In this document: one piece after another, positions 62,885 through 64,000 of the stretch
Numbering within the stretch: the first letter of the stretch is position 1
Layout: each line of letters opens with the position of its first letter
From: a virus
Strand: one strand, 5' to 3'
Length of the DNA: 64,000 nucleotides
Virus record (IMG/VR): IMGVR_UViG_3300050119_000104
Coordinates: 53,460-117,459 of that record
Position numbers and translations under genes: made by a program
The notes under the pieces: generated by a model
What the model was told of the DNA's origin: nothing
What the model saw: the letters and a program-made list of their open reading frames with translations, nothing else
Database searches by the model: none

Positions 62885-64000
62885 CGTGCTTATCCGGTTG
62901 ACACCCACAACCTCTTTATCTTGGGTCATGCGGCCCTCCGGCTTTCGTCTCCACGACGCTGAGCACTCAGCGCGAGAATGTTCCGTGCGGCATTTGTGTC
63001 ACGGTCATGGACCGCTCCGCATCCGCCGCACATCCATTCCCTTATTCCAAGCTCTGCGATACCTTTAGGGCCACAACGCGCACCGCACGTTGAACAGAGT
63101 TGGGAAGTCCATCGCTCATCGGCCTCAATGTACGTCGCCCCGTGCCTGCTGGCCTTGTAGCGGAGCGCCGACCGGAACGAGGACCAAGAGGCGTCGAGCA
63201 CGGATTTAGCCATCCGTGTTCGGGCCATCTGCGCCGCGTTCACATTGCCGACGACGATCAGGCGATTGTCCGCAGCGATGCGGGCCGTCGCCTTATGGAT
63301 GTGATCTTTCCGGGCATTCGCGATCTTGGCATGAATAGCCTTGGTGCGCTTGCGGTTACCGGCGCGCTGCGCCGTGGCAAGTGCCCGTTCGTATTGGCGG
63401 TAGTGGCGGAGCGCGGGGACCGAAGTGCCATCGCTGCACGCCGCAAGGGTTTTCAGCCCCAAATCAATGCCGATTTCGCCGTTGCCTATAGGCAAATCGG
63501 CAACATCGACGTGGAAGCACACGTACCAGCGTCCGCGTGCATCCTCGACGAACGCTCCACCTTTTGCGGTTGGCGGTAATGGCCGTCGCGCTTGCCAGAA
63601 ATGGTAGACCTTGCCGAGATAGGTGATCGTGTTGGCTGATACCTGACGGCTCTGACCCTGAAACGGTATCCAGCCCAAAGCGCGCGATCCGCGCCAGCGC
63701 AATGAGCGCTTTGCCTTGTCGCGACTCCGCGCATACTGCTCGCACACCGAGCCGACCGTCTGCGCATGAATGCCCAAGTCCTTCGACGTGCCTTTGGTCA
63801 TCCGTTGTAGGTCGAAATGCGACGGCCATTTGCGCTTCGGCGACCCATCGCGGTAGCGCGCCTCGATGTCATGCTGTACCTCGTTGCAGTAATTCCAGAC
63901 GACGTTGCACGCTTTCGCATGCCGCCGAAGGGTCTTTTTGGCGGAGCGGTCCTTGATGCGATAGCGGTAAGTCAAGATCATCTGGGTTTAGTACCTGTGG
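62885..64000 (-). mobile_element. TIR-bounded tnpB element, copy 2 (runs off the window edge)
   Basis: Identical to 39768-40883 at an offset of 23117 bp. Confidence 0.9.
62926..63981 (-). CDS. tnpB: TnpB with rearranged RuvC-II, identical to copy 1
   Basis: Translation identical to 39809-40864. Confidence 0.92.
   Translation of the reverse strand: MILTYRYRIKDRSAKKTLRRHAKACNVVWNYCNEVQHDIEARYRDGSPKRKWPSHFDLQRMTKGTSKDLGIHAQTVGSVCEQYARSRDKAKRSLRWRGSRALGWIPFQGQSRQVSANTITYLGKVYHFWQARRPLPPTAKGGAFVEDARGRWYVCFHVDVADLPIGNGEIGIDLGLKTLAACSDGTSVPALRHYRQYERALATAQRAGNRKRTKAIHAKIANARKDHIHKATARIAADNRLIVVGNVNAAQMARTRMAKSVLDASWSSFRSALRYKASRHGATYIEADERWTSQLCSTCGARCGPKGIAELGIREWMCGGCGAVHDRDTNAARNILALSAQRRGDESRRAA

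Noticed and set aside
39768-64000. CRISPR array formed by the recurring GCTTATCCGGTTGAC repeat
   Set aside because: Copies are kilobases apart, in inverted pairs, and bounded by TSDs; there is no regular repeat-spacer periodicity. The Cas4-like gene is a common DUF2800 phage nuclease.
1-64000. Numerous overlapping or antisense ORFs in the six-frame track (for example 10196-11116 N-terminal part, 14436-15230, 36882-37526, 41562-42371, 47701-48435, 59481-60305)
   Set aside because: They are shadows of well-supported genes on GC-rich DNA, with no RBS or recognisable motifs. The nested HNH frame at 52586-53119 is the exception.
1-64000. Integrase, repressor, terminase or portal
   Set aside because: None is recognisable in this window, so lifestyle and genome ends cannot be inferred.

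Overview
A 64 kb segment of a tailed dsDNA phage (siphovirus-like, probably infecting an alphaproteobacterium; the host is an inference). The + strand (1-36.2 kb) carries the late genes: a collagen-repeat fibre, major capsid protein, head-tail joining proteins, tail tube, a chaperone with a -1 frameshift, tape measure and tail-tip proteins. It also carries a glycosylation cluster including Gmd (with an intein) and Fcl, three tRNA genes and a lysis region interrupted by a defective IS607 element. The - strand (36.3-64 kb) carries early and replication genes: SNF2-like helicase, family-A DNA polymerase with two inteins, SSB, Cas4-like nuclease, nucleotide-pool enzymes and a GmhA-like isomerase. 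Terminase and portal are not in the window. The most notable signal is a family of six elements sharing 25-26 bp terminal inverted repeats (CRTGCTTATCCGGTTGAC...) of IS1595/ISSod11 type. Two identical copies carry a TnpB with a rearranged RuvC-II site. Two are 241-bp non-coding MITEs with 8-bp target-site duplications that appear to be promoter plus omegaRNA cassettes, and two are decayed copies. The RNA scaffold shows compensatory base changes, and a hairpin loop is complementary to the last bases of the TIR. This suggests a DDE-transposon end has been co-opted as the omegaRNA/guide boundary. The second highlight is a decayed HNH endonuclease nested in an alternative reading frame inside polymerase intein 2. 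All calls come from reading the sequence by eye; no database searches were run.
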